Source: Syncephalis fuscata S228 (lineage: Eukaryota; Fungi; Zoopagomycota). From it: DNA of 64,000 nt. The notes beneath the pieces were generated by a model. That model had not been told where the DNA came from, made no database searches, and saw nothing but the letters and a program-made list of their open reading frames with translations. This document shows positions 1-12,547 of the stretch, one piece after another; within the stretch, counting starts at the first letter, position 1; every line of letters starts with the position of its first letter. The position numbers and the translations under genes are program-made. The stretch spans positions 123,397 through 187,396 of the forward strand of contig JAHLTZ010000038.1 in NCBI GenBank assembly GCA_025786725.1, written 5' to 3'.

Positions 1-1169
1 ACACACATGCATCCCCATAAAGCCGCACAAACCATTGAGCAGCAGTCTTGTCTCGTGGATTGGATGGTCACCGCATAAAGACGTGGCGCATGTGTTCTAA
101 GGGTTTGTCCAATGCAGTGACTCCATGGCTGCTTAAAGAACCGTGTACAACGCTTGTGCCATGCCCGAGACCACCAAACTGCTTGAATGGCGCGACAAAT
201 GGGCCCGAGCCATATCTCTATGCGTGTGCGCGTGACATCTGTCCTCCTGCTTCATTGTTTCGTCGTCGGCATCGCTATCTGTGTATAGCCTATGCGCGCG
301 CATATGCAAATGTATGTGTGTCACCAATCCTAGGCCATTGGTTCTGAATTTGTACGCAGTAGGATCGTCGCTACCTCCGTAGACTCGACCTCTGCGAATG
401 GTAGCGTTATTACTGCACTGCATAGGTGGGGCGGCGCGTGCGCGATCTAATGTGACTGAACAGCAAAGTATTTTATTTTTTGGACACATGGAAAAGATAA
501 ACGCAAATAAAGATATTCGTACTCAGATTGTCACGTTGTAAACAAAAAAGAGACGGCCAAAAGCTTATTGAGAGCTGCATCGTTATAGCAGATGTAGCAA
601 TATGCGTGTAAACTGCTATTTTGGTCGTACCATGACGCTCATTTCGCTCTATTTGTCATTTAGAATGATGTTGTGCTATTACAATTCTGTCCATAGCAGC
701 AGCAAAAGCAGCAGAAGCAGCAGCATTTGATAGAATGCATGACATACATTTGCTTGTCTACGTTCAATCCAATCATCGTTATGCAGTGTACTCGCCTAAA
801 CAAACGTGGCAAAAAGGAGAGGACGACAAAGCAAAGGCAACGTGGGACCAGTGATTTGCCAGCTTTACAGGATATGCTTCATTATTACTATCACATGGAC
901 TAGAGAAGCAGTCACACCCAGCTATTGTCAATGAATTCCCATCCAAGTATTATGTAGCGATGGTGGTGGTGGTGGTGGCGTTAGACCGGAATCGGAACGC
1001 GCAGCAATGACCACGGCGGCAATATGCGCGCGCGTCAATGGCTGCCTACTCATAATGATGCAGCCTCTACACAAAGGTAGAAACTCGAAATAGCAACGGA
1101 TCGCTGCACTCCGAAGCGTCGAAGGCAACGGCGTCATTGACCCAAGCCGTGTCCACGACAATAAAAATG

Positions 1170-4168
1170 CCACACGCTAGTATAGCAAGCCCCTCAAGTA
1201 TTCGTTGCTCACTCACCTCTTTGGCTTCTTTATATCCCCCTCAAGTTACTGATACATCAACGCTTTCATCTACCCCACCACTTACCATCCCTTTATCGGT
1301 CTTTTACATTGCTGTTATTTTGGGACTTACGTCGATTGTCTACACGGTTTTTTTACTGAGATTAGTGCACTTTATTTTACTCAAGCTCAACTACGTCGTC
1401 TATACTATCACACCACCACACACTACACTGCTCAATAGATTTACCCACGGATATACGACGCTACCACGCTGGTTACTAGAATCCGTTCTGCTGTTTTTTT
1501 ATTTAGAACAAGTTATTTTTGGTATTTCAGTACCGTTCGTCTATATCTCTATCTCTATCTATTGGCCAACATCTTAAGGAAAAAGCCAGCGCCAGCCGCT
1601 GTATATATATAGTTTACTCTTTGTTTGACCGAATACAATTGGACCCGACCGGTTGTCAGATACACGATTTGTATTCATTTTTGCCGCTCGTCCGAGTCTA
1701 GATTGTTATAATCGCTATTAGTAGCCACACTTTTACATAGTATTGATTTTATTTGCTCATTTTTGCATCCAAAACCACAAAAACACTCTGTCAATTACAA
1801 GTTTTCCGGTATTCTTTTTCTCTGGTAAGTAGTCATGCCGGATGGTTGGTTATCATCCATATCGTTGCTTGGTATCATGAGGTGAATAGTGCACATGTTG
1901 GTAGAATGGATGAGTGCCCAGACGCACACGTCCACTTCACTCCTGTCATGCCATGTCATGTTATCTTATTGCGTTAGAGCATGATTTTATCTGATGACTA
2001 AATGGCCGCCCACACGCTGGTTGATAGACTGTATTCACGTGCATGCCATGGTCAGCATTGCGGACATTGCTGATGCTGTTACTGCTTTGATGTCACTCGC
2101 CCTGTAGCATGACACTCATCACTTGTCCCATGCGTAAAAATACATCCATGAATACCCACACTATACACCCACACCTCCATCCACACATTACATAGATAGA
2201 CAGATAGACAGACAGGCATTACACACATGCATAGTGTAAAATGCTGCTAGATCTAAAACATTGAAATAGAAGTAAAGGGTCTTGTCTGTCTATCCATCTA
2301 ATTCATCTTCATTCTCATTCTTATACACATCTATACACTACTACACTACTACACTATTAGTATTGTTGCTACTGCTATTCTTCTACTACACTCCTCCTAC
2401 TCTATTACAATTCTGATACTCTCTTGCCTTACTGGCGTTTCTGCTTAACCATCTACCTGTTGGTTTCTTTTTGTCCACTTCACTGGTTTGAAAGCAAGCT
2501 ATTTGCCATCTATCTACAGTGATATTCTTTTAGTTTTGTCATTACTGACTATTGTAGATTATATTCTATTCTTTAGCCAAATCTACATATTTTGAATCGT
2601 TTATTTTGGTAATTCAATCGAGCATTTTCCGTGTCTATTCTTTGCTGTCTCATTACTGTTTTTATTGTTATCTGGTAAGTCTATGTTTTTTGTTCATTTC
2701 AATGAAGATGAATGAAAGGATACAGAAAGGTCACTCCCTAGAACACGATATCCATAGACGGATTTGTGTGAATGGATGGATGAATGGATGTATCAATAGG
2801 TATATCCGGTGTGTGTGTGTGTGGGTGCGTGGTCATGGGATCGCGTCCTCTTCTGTCATGCTCAGCTATTTTTACGACATTGCAATGGCGGGCCTTTTGC
2901 CGGCCATTGCTTTGTTGAATGGTGGTGTAGAAAGCCAGTAGTATACGTGTCGTATCTTGGTGAATATCTCCTTTTTTCTTCTTTAATTGTCTGATCATCG
3001 TGGTGATTCAGCAGTCTCCTTATCGACCACCGTATATAATTACTATAGCGATACAGCAGACATGCGTGACCACATGGATTCTGTGAACAATTGCAGATCG
3101 ATGAACACTTTTGGTTGGATACATATTGTGCCCACACGCCATCCAGTACTTCTTGATTTGTTCATCGCCGTCTCGTTTCCGCTCTCTTGGCGGCCACTAT
3201 AGAGGTACGCAGGTGGTGGCAGGTCTGTCAATTACTAAAGGGCCAGTTTTCCTTCTTAATTTACTTGTGCCACCACTTGCCTCCTTCCTCTTTTACCTTC
3301 TACGCTGCTGTCTTTGTTCACTTTCAGCCCTTCAGCTTCTTATTAGATTATATCGATTGTTTCTCCGCTCAGAAACACCGCATCGATCCATTGCTTATAG
3401 AACCAACCGTCCAGCAGATTTTATAGATAGGCAGACATATATAGCCTAGTATTTTTCTCTTTTCCAAACCATCCGTTTGCTTTCATTTCTATTGCTTAAA
3501 CTTTTGGTTATACACTTAGCTATTTGCGACTACATTTATACACTTAGTGCTTTCATTACATTTAGCTATCTATCTTTACACTTTATTCACAGCCAACGTA
3601 TAATACGACTGTGCTTTGCGCCGCAAGTTCGAGGCCTCTCCAGTTCCTTCATTTTCACCACCCTGATACAAGAAGACTCGTTCATTTATCGGCTCCCCTT
3701 CCTTTTTCTTTCTCCTTTCCCCTGAACCGCTACACTTTATTACACTTTTACTTTCTACTACTACTACTACTATCGCCACTTCCCTACTACTACATTTCTA
3801 CTTACTACTACCCTACCCTACTTACATATATATCGCTGACGGAGTTACGACGCAATCCTAAGGAGAAACGTTAATTTTGGCCAAAGTTACTCGCTCTTAC
3901 TTTAAGCCACACCTTTTCTCCCTTTTCTTTACTTTGCGTAGTCATCTTGATTACTTCGTTGCCATATTATCATAGTTGTTTAACAACAATTTATAGAATC
4001 TATTACCTGCGTGACTAATTGCTAGTTAAGCTATATTTTATTCTTTCTATCAGAGTACGTTTTGATTGAATGGCTGTGTGCATGTGACTGCGCCTTGTTT
4101 TTTACCATTATTTATTAATATTAATTGAATTTTACTAACCTACCACTACTATTATTACACTCTTATAG
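1170..4168 (+). promoter_or_regulatory. Multi-exon or alternative 5' leader of the 84-aa ORF
   Basis: ATG-free blocks at 1170-1824, 2244-2674 and 3104-4054 each end exactly at a splice donor (TCTG|GTAAGT at 1825 and 2675; GA|GTACGT at 4055). Sequence right after each donor is ATG-rich. Confidence 0.65.
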
Positions 4169-4194
4169 CAATAGCCAATACTACTTGATTCAGC

Positions 4195-4449
4195 ATGTCT
4201 CACGCTCTTTTGGTCAACCCAGCCGTCGCCACTCCAGTCGCTGTCGGCCTTTTGCCCGACTCGCACCGGTATGGCCTCAGCCCAACTCCTGCTGTTGGTC
4301 AGGATGCGATGCTTCCCTTGGATATCCCAGTCCCCAAGTCGGCGCTTCGTCGCCGTAACGCAGTTGTAGAAGCGATGCTTGAGAGCAAGGTACTAGCTGC
4401 CTTGACAGCCTCCCGCGGCCCTACCGATCAGGTTCCTATTGCCGTTTAA
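4195..4449 (+). CDS. 84-aa microprotein with an RRRNAV motif (PKA pseudosubstrate-like; candidate PKI-like regulator)
   Basis: GC-rich, coding-like ORF. Its ATG is the first ATG after a clean intron (donor GTACGT at 4055, TACTAAC branch at 4133-4139, TAG acceptor at 4168). Long upstream blocks are ATG-free. Confidence 0.7.
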   Translation: MSHALLVNPAVATPVAVGLLPDSHRYGLSPTPAVGQDAMLPLDIPVPKSALRRRNAVVEAMLESKVLAALTASRGPTDQVPIAV

Positions 4450-5874
4450 TGGCAGCCGCGCGCGTGCGCTATCTCTCTCCCTCCCCCTACTACTACAACT
4501 ACAAGCATCTCATTTTTAGAATAGCTCATGATATAGAACAACAACAACAACCACAATAACAATAACAACAACTCAGCTATTGGTGCTGATGGTAATAGTT
4601 TGCTGTGCAACGCTTATACGCATGCCTACTTTTGTCGGTGGTCAATGACCATACTCCACTTGACACTTGTACCAACACGCATGGCAATACTGCGTGCGCC
4701 TGTATGCGGATGCGGTAGATATGCAGAGCAGCCACCTGAACCGGAATGTTATTCCTATGATAGTCATGCTGGTTACTGCTGCCACTACCAATACTGCTAC
4801 TACTGCTACTACTACTACTACGCCACCTCGCTCATCCGTCCCTATCTGTTGCTGCTGCTGTTGCTGTTGCCACCAACCACAGCTCTCTTTCTTTTCTCTC
4901 GTGCTCTCTTTATGGTCATTTCTTGTTGTCGCACTATGCGTTGTGCGTTTGTCTACCTTACATCTTATATACACATATTATATAGTTACACGTAACCTTT
5001 CACTTTTCAACTAGCCACGTAATGTGTTTCCCACCGACGCGTGTCTGTAGATGTATTGTGAAGATGATAGTATGACGTGTTACATCGATATAATATGCGT
5101 GTGATGCACACAATTGTCTAGATTGTTAAGTGACTATCGCCAATGCGCAATGAACATGACATAAAGAGAGTGGAAGATTAGTATAATATCTTCCATATTG
5201 TCAGCCTATTTCTCGTTTCGTATTTGCTTCAAAGTGTTGCGTTTCTCTTTCGTGAATTTCTTGAACTCCACCAGTTACAACAATTATCTCTCAATTGATT
5301 AATAGAGAGACAATATAGATCAGTGCTTTACAAATAACCATCATCATCATTATCACAAGTGTCATTGTTATTATTATTATTATGTGTTTATTATTTGTTT
5401 GTTAGCTTATACAATTATGCAATAAATATCAATGATAGCAACTCCATATTTTAATCTAATCTCTATTCTATTTAGTTAGTTAAATGTCTATACAAAATGA
5501 ATATATTGTATTTGAGATATTAACAAACCGGTTTCAAATCAACTTGCCAAGTCTTTAGATAAATGACCTGTTTAACCACACTATACTGTCAAGGCGACAA
5601 TTAGTCAGTAGATAGCATTCTATACAAAATGCTATTATATCCATTACATTTAGTACATTAATTAGTATTGTAGCTTTAGTATATAATATATATATATAAT
5701 AGTTCATTCCAATATCTTTACTATTTAATCATTAAATATAGCAAATGACAAAAAAGCATGTCTTAATTTATTAATGTAAAAACAATTCCATTGTTACTTT
5801 ACAGTAATATGAACACTTGGCTGTTATTGCTATTACAGTGGATACTGCTATATATATATATATATCAGCAATTA

Positions 5875-6507
5875 TTATTCGTCTGTAGGTTCTTTATCAA
5901 GTAAACCGTCAAATTCAGACTTGTTAGACAATTTAATCTTATAAATCCATCCTAATAAAATGGTAAAATAATTAATCTACGAATTATATACACAACACTG
6001 GTATACGTGCCTTCACCCTCTGCATCATCGTTGATAAGTTCAGGTTCATCCGACAAGCTTGTATTAACTTCAACAATAGTACCAGAAACTGGTGAGAAAA
6101 GCTCGCTAACCGCTTTAACACTTTCTATAGTGCCGATCGCCTCTATAATTAAAAGTTATTTATTAATCTATCTACTAATTGTATATAATCCTTACCTTCT
6201 TTCTTCACTATAGTATCAACCTCTGAACTAGTTTCAACAAACACAATTTCGCCCAATTGTTTCTGGGCATAATTAGTTACGCCCATCGTGCCAATATCGC
6301 CTTCTAGCGTGATCCATTCATGATCATTGGTATACTTTTTTGCTAAGTATCAATTATTACTTATTAGATGGTAACACTATCTAAATACATATATCTACAC
6401 CTACTTGCATAAGTACGACGAACCAACGAGAATGCAAGTGGCTGGTAGGTACGTGGAGCAACAACACGTGCCGAACGAGCCAGAGAACGAACAAGACCGA
6501 ATGCCAT
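5875..6507 (-). CDS. GCV3: Glycine cleavage system H protein (mitochondrial), 4 exons
   Basis: Arg-rich presequence [14 protein letters not shown]; [10 protein letters not shown]; [17 protein letters not shown]; lipoyl-Lys motif [16 protein letters not shown]; WIYKIK. Confidence 0.95.
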
Positions 6508-6718
6508 TGTAGTTGTAATCAAAGGTAATTCACTTAATAACAGAAAGTAGCGGAGATGAGAAAGAAAAGTACACGTCAGCAGTACACTCCTACTTAAATC
6601 ATAAGTTTATGTTTGTTGTACAAGCTATTTGTACTACATATAATCTCACAGTTTTTTAATAGCAAATTAACAGTTTTTTAAAGTAAAATAAATGAATAGA
6701 AATGAAATAGTCGTAAAT

Positions 6719-7887
6719 TCAAGAATGTGTAATAGTTGATCCACCATTAGATGACACTGTATTGATCGATCCTGATCCTGATCCCAATGCTGCTGCCGCT
6801 GCCAAAGCACGCTCCTATTATGACCATAACAGTAACACGAATATATAATAAATCAAAGTTGTTATTAATATAATATAAACACGATTATTACATTATTACA
6901 CTTACTCTCTTTCGCTTCTTTCGTTTACGACGCTCTTCTTCTGTTTCATTTTCCCGTTCATGTTTACGCTTCTTCTTCTATTCAATACCATTAGTTAATT
7001 AATATTAACACCATTAATTAAATCACTTACCTTCTTCTTATGTTTCTTATCCACACCTGAACCTGATCGATGTTGTTTATCTTCATGCACTGAATTACCA
7101 CCTATACCATTTATATGACGCGTATTCAACTGTCCATCTCCCGAACCACGCTGATCATCATCGTCATCATCGTCATCGTCATCATCTTGGTCCAAAGGTG
7201 AGGCATCATACTAATTATACGTTAATCATCTACTATTAATTACTAGTAACTTATTACTACTTACATTATGTAGAATACCTGGATGTAATCGAAATGCCCG
7301 TGCTAATTGATCTTCATCCAAATTCTGCATATAAATACCTTCATTCTGTGGTGGTCTTAATAATAAATCCATTAATCCGCCATGATTTGTATTGTCATCG
7401 GGTGTAGAGGCTACTACTGGAATAGCCGCTTTCTTTCTACCTATTAGTATAGACTATTAGTATAGATATGGAATCTATTAACAAATACACGAACCAGGAA
7501 TATTCGTGATATGTGTTTCAAATGTCTCTGGCAATTGATTAGACGCGGTAACTACACGTCTATAGAACGGTCCAAGATGACATTGAGTTACTAAATCAGT
7601 ATTGCCAAGAGGAAGAGCCGATGAAGTAGTTGCTAGTGGTTCATATAGATCTGTGTCAGTAATAAAGCCTTTTAATAGCCTATAGATTCTACCTGGAATG
7701 TACCAATAAAGAAAAGGTCGTCTGTATTAGTAGTGGTGGTGGTGGTTTGTCATGGTTGAAGTACTCAATGTACATGACCAACCATAGACAATAGACAGTA
7801 GAATAGTCTTAATAACAACAATATAAAAGGTAAGTTGTTAATAGAAAGAAATACCATGAATATGTAAAATAGTCAGTTACCGTCCAT
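6719..7887 (-). CDS. MED19: Mediator subunit 19 (Rox3/Med19), multi-exon; start uncertain (7887, or 7753 with an indel)
   Basis: PLGNTDLVTQCHL...HITNIPG, GLMDLLLRPP...AFRLHPG and a Lys/His-rich tail (KKHKKK...KRKKRKR) match recalled Med19 motifs. Confidence 0.75.
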
Positions 7888-7972
7888 TTTCTACTTCTCA
7901 TCTCGCTTCTCATATCTACTTATTCATAGTTATTGGACCACTAACCGTCTTCTATTCCCTACTTGTTATTCA

Positions 7973-9766
7973 ATGTTGACCATATTCTGGTCATTAACTA
8001 TAGGTCTTGATGAGCCAATACCGCTGTTTTGGCGTGACCAACAGCATCCCTGTAATCTACCACCCTTATTGTCACGAGAACAGCTAGAGAAGGCTCGACA
8101 TGAACAACGGGTTAGACAAGAGGCCACTTCTCATGCAAGACGTGAAGTAAGACGGGCACTTGGTGTATCTCGTCATAAAACACTAGGCAAGTTATTATAA
8201 TAAAATATTCTATAACTATTAATATATATATGTATTATGTATGTATGTATGTATATGTACGTGTACATGTATATAGCGTTGGAGCATCAACAAGAACCAC
8301 AACAACAGTTAGAAACAATCGATACCTTCTTGTTATACTATTTATTAAGTTATCCATTTCGTGCACTTCGTACTCGTTACTATGTAGGCTTATTCGATAT
8401 CTATATCTATATCTATATCTATTTACCTATATCTATATTTACCCATATCTATTTATCTATTTATCTATATACACTTAGGCTGCACCTCGTCAATGGAGTG
8501 ACCATTATCGTTTAGACACTCCAGTCGCGTATATTATGACACTTGATCAAACACGTCAACGATCTGGCTTTCTTTCTTGGTGGTATGGTAGTGTAGCTGA
8601 ACTGGCTAGCTACACCATTACTAGAGGTACACTAGCCTGTCATGAATGGTGGCAGAGATCATGGCGATCATCTTCATCATCATCATCTTCTTCTTCTTCT
8701 TCAAGTCGTTCAAGGATATGGACATCTATCTATCGCCAATGGATATGTAATAGGTAGTTATACATATACATATACACATATACATATACACACATATATA
8801 TATAACATACTAATGAGCTATTTTATTAAATAGTACGGAACTTGTAGGATTTGTAATAAGCTTGCCCTTTTATAGAGCATATATCTATCAATCGGTATTA
8901 GCATCGGCCAACACTACTCAATTGACACCAATCCTTCAACAGAATCTTGCTCGTCATAGTAGTATTGGTGGTCAGTGGACACTTCTATTCAATGTACTTC
9001 GTCATCCTATGACCCATCAAGGTATTCACTATTGGCAGTATACATTTCCTACTTGTCTACTCTATCATATTATATCAACACGGTTGATGAACTATTTAAT
9101 GCAATATACACGTAGTCGAGTTGAACAGGCTGAAACGAATATTGCTACCACAGCACCACTCTCTTCATCAACATCGCCCTGTTAACATCACATACCATGC
9201 CGATTGAAATGGCTCCTATTAATCTATCGAATGATACCACGAATAAACATCGTCGTCGTTTATGGCGATCAAGTGCATGGTCAACGATACATTTATCGAC
9301 CATGTTACTGACTCAGATCCTACTTGCTCCTCTTGAAGCACTTTCAACACGGCTTATTCTCGACAGTATTACGGATGGATCATCGGTCATAATGACTAAT
9401 ACAATGAAACATGGTCGTGTGTCAAGTGGTATAGTATCCCTGTTTATTAGTATGTTACATTTGACAGGTCATCGTGCTTCATGGTCTGGTCTAGCCTGTG
9501 AATGTTTATTAGCAATGTTAGTGGCACAAGTAGATTGGTTTGTTTGTAAACAATTCATTCGTTGGCAATCTAGTAATAACACTAGTTCTAGTTCTAGTTC
9601 TAGTTCTAGTTCTAGTAATAACCATTTTTCTCCTCTTCTTCTTCACCTACTATTGAATCTCCTAATTAGATTGTTATTTTACAACTGTGTATTTATTATT
9701 AAAGATAACGACGGGCAGCTGCTCGTATTTTATTGTCAAAGGCAATTGAGCGAATTGGCATATTAG
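7973..9766 (+). CDS. Degenerate mitochondrial carrier family protein (SLC25A46/Ugo1-like); multi-exon with apparent 1-nt indels near 9180 and 9627, so ends are uncertain
   Basis: Carrier-like Px(D/E)xxxxR remnants (SYPFRALRTR, LPFYRAY, LAPLEALSTR) and a GFLSWWYG motif; hydrophobic helices; GC-AG intron at 8187-8276. Confidence 0.55.
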
Positions 9767-10395
9767 GCTCATAAAATGGATTTAATAGCATCTAAATAGT
9801 TATAAATATAAATATTGCACATGTAAATTAGCCTTTACTTACCTTAATATACAATTCATGACATTCAGTAAGAAAATTCTTTACGCCATCATCCGTCTTA
9901 TTTTCATGAATTAATAATAATTTCATATCTAATATTGGTATAGTCATTAATAATAATAAATAAATAAATAAATAACTAGTTAATACTTACTGCTAGGGGT
10001 TACATAGGCGGATACGGTTTTATCATTATAACGATCCACTGTTTTAAGATATCTAAAGTGTATTAGATGGCATAATAGATGTATTCATGGTAATAAATAC
10101 ACTTACAAAGCATTGGTGCTCCACATCATTTCTTCAATAACATCCAACGAGGAATGAGCTACAAATTGGTTTAAATGGCGTTGGTCATCTCTCTATATAA
10201 ACAATATATATATATATATGTATGTATACGTATATTAATATAGGCTATATACTAACGATAGACTAGATAGAATAGCAATCATCTTAAAAGTCATACCTTA
10301 TTGACAACGACATCTGGTCGGTTTGTAGCTGCACCTAATTCCGCTTCATAGACCGGATTATCTTTAGTGCCTACAATTGCAAAATAGTATGACAT
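9699..10395 (-). CDS. TRS20: TRAPP subunit Trs20/sedlin (TRAPPC2), multi-exon
   Basis: MSYYFAIVGTKDNPVYE; RHLNQFVAHSSLDVIEE; YLKTVDRYN; VSAYVTPS; LLNPFYEPNMPIRS. Confidence 0.95.
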
Positions 10396-10533
10396 GGCAA
10401 GTTGATAAAACACAGAATATATAAAGATATATATAAAGAGAAAGAGATAGATAAATAGATAGATATAGATAGGAGAAAGAGTGTTAAATGATGATGATCA
10501 TCATTAATGTATTTATTATTATTAATTAACTAA

Positions 10534-11615
10534 TTAACCATCGCCTAATCGTTGACCACGACCCCAATTATGAGCCTGTCCACCTGAGGATGGCCCTCGT
10601 TGAGTGGCATTGGTACTGGTTGGTGTGGTATTGCGACCAGTTGAGAATCCAGTACTTGCTGTTGCGCTATATCTACCACTTGTTGTAGCAGTACCAGTAC
10701 CGGTAGTAGTGTCAGGTCGATGTGGACCACCTGCAGATGGTAACCAGCGTTGTCTATTCATATCATTAATATATACATACTATAATATATACTATATACT
10801 ATATATGACTAGTAATAACTTACAATAAAGCTGGTGTAGTTAACCACCGACGTCCACCCCGTGCCGGTAGAATATCCATAAGATAATGATATGCTTGTGC
10901 TGATGCTGCTCCTACTAACGATGTAATAGGTAATCCACCCGAGGTAAGTAGTTCAAATCCCATTAATACAGCAGCTAGATACTTGGCCTATTATTTAATT
11001 ACATACATCAATACATAGAATTAGCGCCATTCTATTACTTGCCTTAAATCGCATACCAAACATAAAGCTAACAACACGCTCGCTATTGCGTAGTGACCAG
11101 TAATGAATAATGGCCAATACTAAGGCATCACTTAGTACAACAAGATCCAACAACACTGCACCCGTCTAATCAATGGTTATTATGAATCTATTTATATATA
11201 TATTGATATATCGATATCGATATATAACTACTTACAAGTGATGTAATACCACAGAATATAAGAAAGAAGGCATAATCTGCTGGTCGACCGGCAAAAGTAA
11301 CCGTTTCAAGTTCCATCGAATGTTGATGAATAAAGTATAAATTCATCAACAAATTAAAGCCGAGTTTATTGTAGAAAAAAGGAGTCACCAGACGCCATAG
11401 CTATTCGTAATTCGTTAGAGGCACAAGTATAGAACTCAAGTAGATCTTGTAGCTTACTTGGAATTGTTTAACAATAGGCGACCATATAAATACAAGCCAG
11501 TACGGCTGGACAATGCCGAAGCGTGCAATCACCGGTACAGCCAACGAGGCTGTAAATATAAACCGAGTATTAACGGTAGACCTAGAAACCAGGTACGAAT
11601 CTCGGATAGATCCAT
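10534..11615 (-). CDS. DERL1: Derlin (Derlin-1-like, with C-terminal SHP box); apparent 1-nt deletion near 11570
   Basis: WRLVTPFF; NLYFIHQHSMELE...FAGRPADYAFFL; FMFGMRFK|AKYL; terminal HNWGRGQRLGDG p97-binding SHP box. Confidence 0.9.
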
Positions 11616-11846
11616 GCTATATCGATTGAATATCCTGCTAGTTAATATCAATGCTCGTTTAAACGTACAAAGCTAGACGGCTAGTGTAGAACAACAGTGG
11701 CAATAACTAGATAGTCAACATTGAAAGGGCGGGAAAGAAACAAAAATGATAACAACTTGTAAAAAGTGATACTTGTCTATCTTTTGGTTTACGTCACTTT
11801 TTCCAATTCACTATTATTGACACTCTTGTTATTCTACTTTATAGTT

Positions 11847-12437
11847 ATGGCTAGCAATCTACGTATGGTAAGTAGACATCAAAGCATGGCATGCCATAAA
11901 AGTAATCAAACACATAGCTTGAAAAGGATGAAGAGGCAGACACTGAGGTTGCTTGGGCGGATCAGCAGCATATTAACGAGTTTAGTCGTTTAAATACTAA
12001 AGTGTCGGACTGGGAAGATCAATTGGCCGATAAAAAGGTACATACATATACATGCCATGTAATAGCCAGTAAATAACAATTATATTGCTACAGAAAGAAA
12101 AAGAGTTTATAGACGATCTATTAGGAGAGTTGGAATTAGCTGATGAAGATGAGCCTGTTCGGTAATAATACACAACATTAATACACCAATATATATATAT
12201 ATATATTAATAAGCAATCTGTTATTTACTATTTATTGCTAATAGATACAAGATTGGCGAAGCATTTGTTGAACTACCATTGGAACAAGTACAAGAAAGAC
12301 TAGCAAAGGAGCAATCCGTGTTAACAGATCAGATTGATAAAATTGATGAGCAAATGTCTACGGCTCAAACGCGTATGACAGAATTAAAAGCTATTCTTTA
12401 TGGCAAATTTGGCAAAGCAATTAATTTAGACAAATAA
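11847..12437 (+). CDS. GIM3: Prefoldin subunit 4, 4 exons
   Basis: EVAWADQQHINEFSRLN; ELELADEDEPVR|YKIGEAF; LKAILYGKFGKAINLDK. Confidence 0.95.
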
Positions 12438-12547
12438 CGATGATGACGATGGCAAATAAATGTCTTTATTAATTAATTGGTAGATGAACTACAATGCCAT
12501 AATTGTTATTGTTACTGTTATACTAATACGGTTAATATTGTCTTCAG

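Noticed and set aside
48-3874. Many hydrophobic 60-146-aa ORFs in the first 4 kb (also 4600-5014 and 21578-24380)
   Set aside because: Mostly TTG/GTG starts, low-complexity UTR or microsatellite composition and no recognisable motifs; better explained as leaders, introns or 3' UTR.
9699-9766. Coding overlap between SLC25A46-like and TRS20
   Set aside because: Restoring one T near 9627 gives a natural Ser-rich end (SSSSSPTIESPN*) at about 9669, which removes the overlap.
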